In this document: piece by piece, positions 63,601 through 64,000 of the stretch
Layout of the letters: every line of letters begins with the position of its first letter
Position numbering within the stretch: the first letter of the stretch is position 1
Assembly: GCA_964187785.1 (NCBI GenBank)
Contig: OZ076409.1
Location: 71,674,001-71,738,000 of the forward strand
Length of the DNA: 64,000 nucleotides
DNA from: Amphiscolops sp. MND2022
Taxonomy: Eukaryota
Direction: 5' to 3'
Program-made: the position numbers and the translations under genes
Notes under the pieces: model-generated
The model's input: the letters and a program-made list of their open reading frames with translations, nothing else
Told to the model about the DNA's origin: nothing
Databases searched by the model: none

Positions 63601-64000
63601 TTTTTGTCAATCATTATGTGCACAGAATGCGTAGGGTGCGTTTCAGCACTATAATGAGGTTTTTGAATGCATCGAGTTGCTCAAGGGGTGGTATGAGACA
63701 TTTTTGTCCCATATACTACTGTATTTTCCAAAATTTTTAGCCCAATATCTGGAAATACAAACTTGACAAAACACTTTCAACTACTTTATTCAAAGGTTAC
63801 GATATAGATCAACACTGTGGTTGATCAGAAACTTTCATCTCTTTCGTTTTCCGAAATATTTTCCTTCGCATGTGTTATATTTGTATCAGAAAAAAAATCG
63901 AAACTGAAAAATACGCTATTTTGCTAAAATAGAATCGCAATGATTGTGCCTAAAAACTCTTTAAACACTTCTAACGCGACCTTACGCACCCAAAATGATC
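54606..64000 (+). mobile_element. Four class A units (54606-56594, 56595-58582, 58583-60570, 60571-62555) and a partial unit with an A-type 5' part (62556-64000)
   Basis: 1989, 1988, 1988 and 1985 bp. Several are mosaics of other units. Confidence 0.7.

Larger units (their letters stand above)
1..64000 (+). repeat. Heterogeneous head-to-tail macrosatellite / cassette array (24 complete + 2 partial units, 5 classes)
   Basis: The conserved core (CAACGCCA...GGCATGCCGAGGCATGCC...CTAGGTG) recurs 25 times in the same orientation. Unit ends (last base of CTAG) are at 1365, 3376, 5358, 7345, 9332, 11321, 13316, 15306, 16582, 18558, 20530, 25305, 27291, 29278, 31270, 36031, 40793, 45557, 47540, 49524, 54605 (truncated, no CTAG), 56594, 58582, 60570 and 62555. 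Confidence 0.97.

Noticed and set aside
1..64000. Pure assembly artefact concatenating separate circles
   Set aside because: Not favoured, because the sequence shared across junctions is only 7-15 nt, copies carry private variants, and multi-unit blocks recur. It cannot be excluded without long reads, and free circles would themselves be of interest.

Overview
No credible protein-coding or RNA gene is present. The whole window is one non-coding, head-to-tail array of 24 complete and 2 partial units, all in the same orientation. It is probably from a eukaryotic genome, but that is inferred from sequence style only. The units fall into five classes: A (AT-rich, about 1.99 kb, 15 complete copies), B (GC-richer, about 1.98 kb, 3 copies, interior unrelated to A), C (1.28 kb, 1 copy), and D and E (about 4.76 kb, 3 and 2 complete copies, with internal ~338-bp subrepeats). 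The order is irregular: d-AAAAA-B-A-C-BB-D-AAA-D-E-D-AA-E-AAAA-a. Every class carries the same terminal modules. The 3' module is CAACGCCA, then the 20-bp palindrome GGGCATGCCGAGGCATGCCC (also a 19/20 match to the p53-family consensus), then a hypervariable 41-48 nt tail that usually holds a covarying hairpin, then CTAG. The 5' module is GTG followed by a hairpin centred on GGGTNGGGTCC. Each unit also has exactly one ~40-48 bp bulged internal palindrome, of one of two types. Units are shuffled, gained or lost at the junction heptamer CTAGGTG. The best interpretation (inference) is a cassette-like array of non-autonomous, size-constrained mobile elements with Helitron-like 3' ends that join at each other's termini. 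The mobilising enzyme is not encoded in this window.
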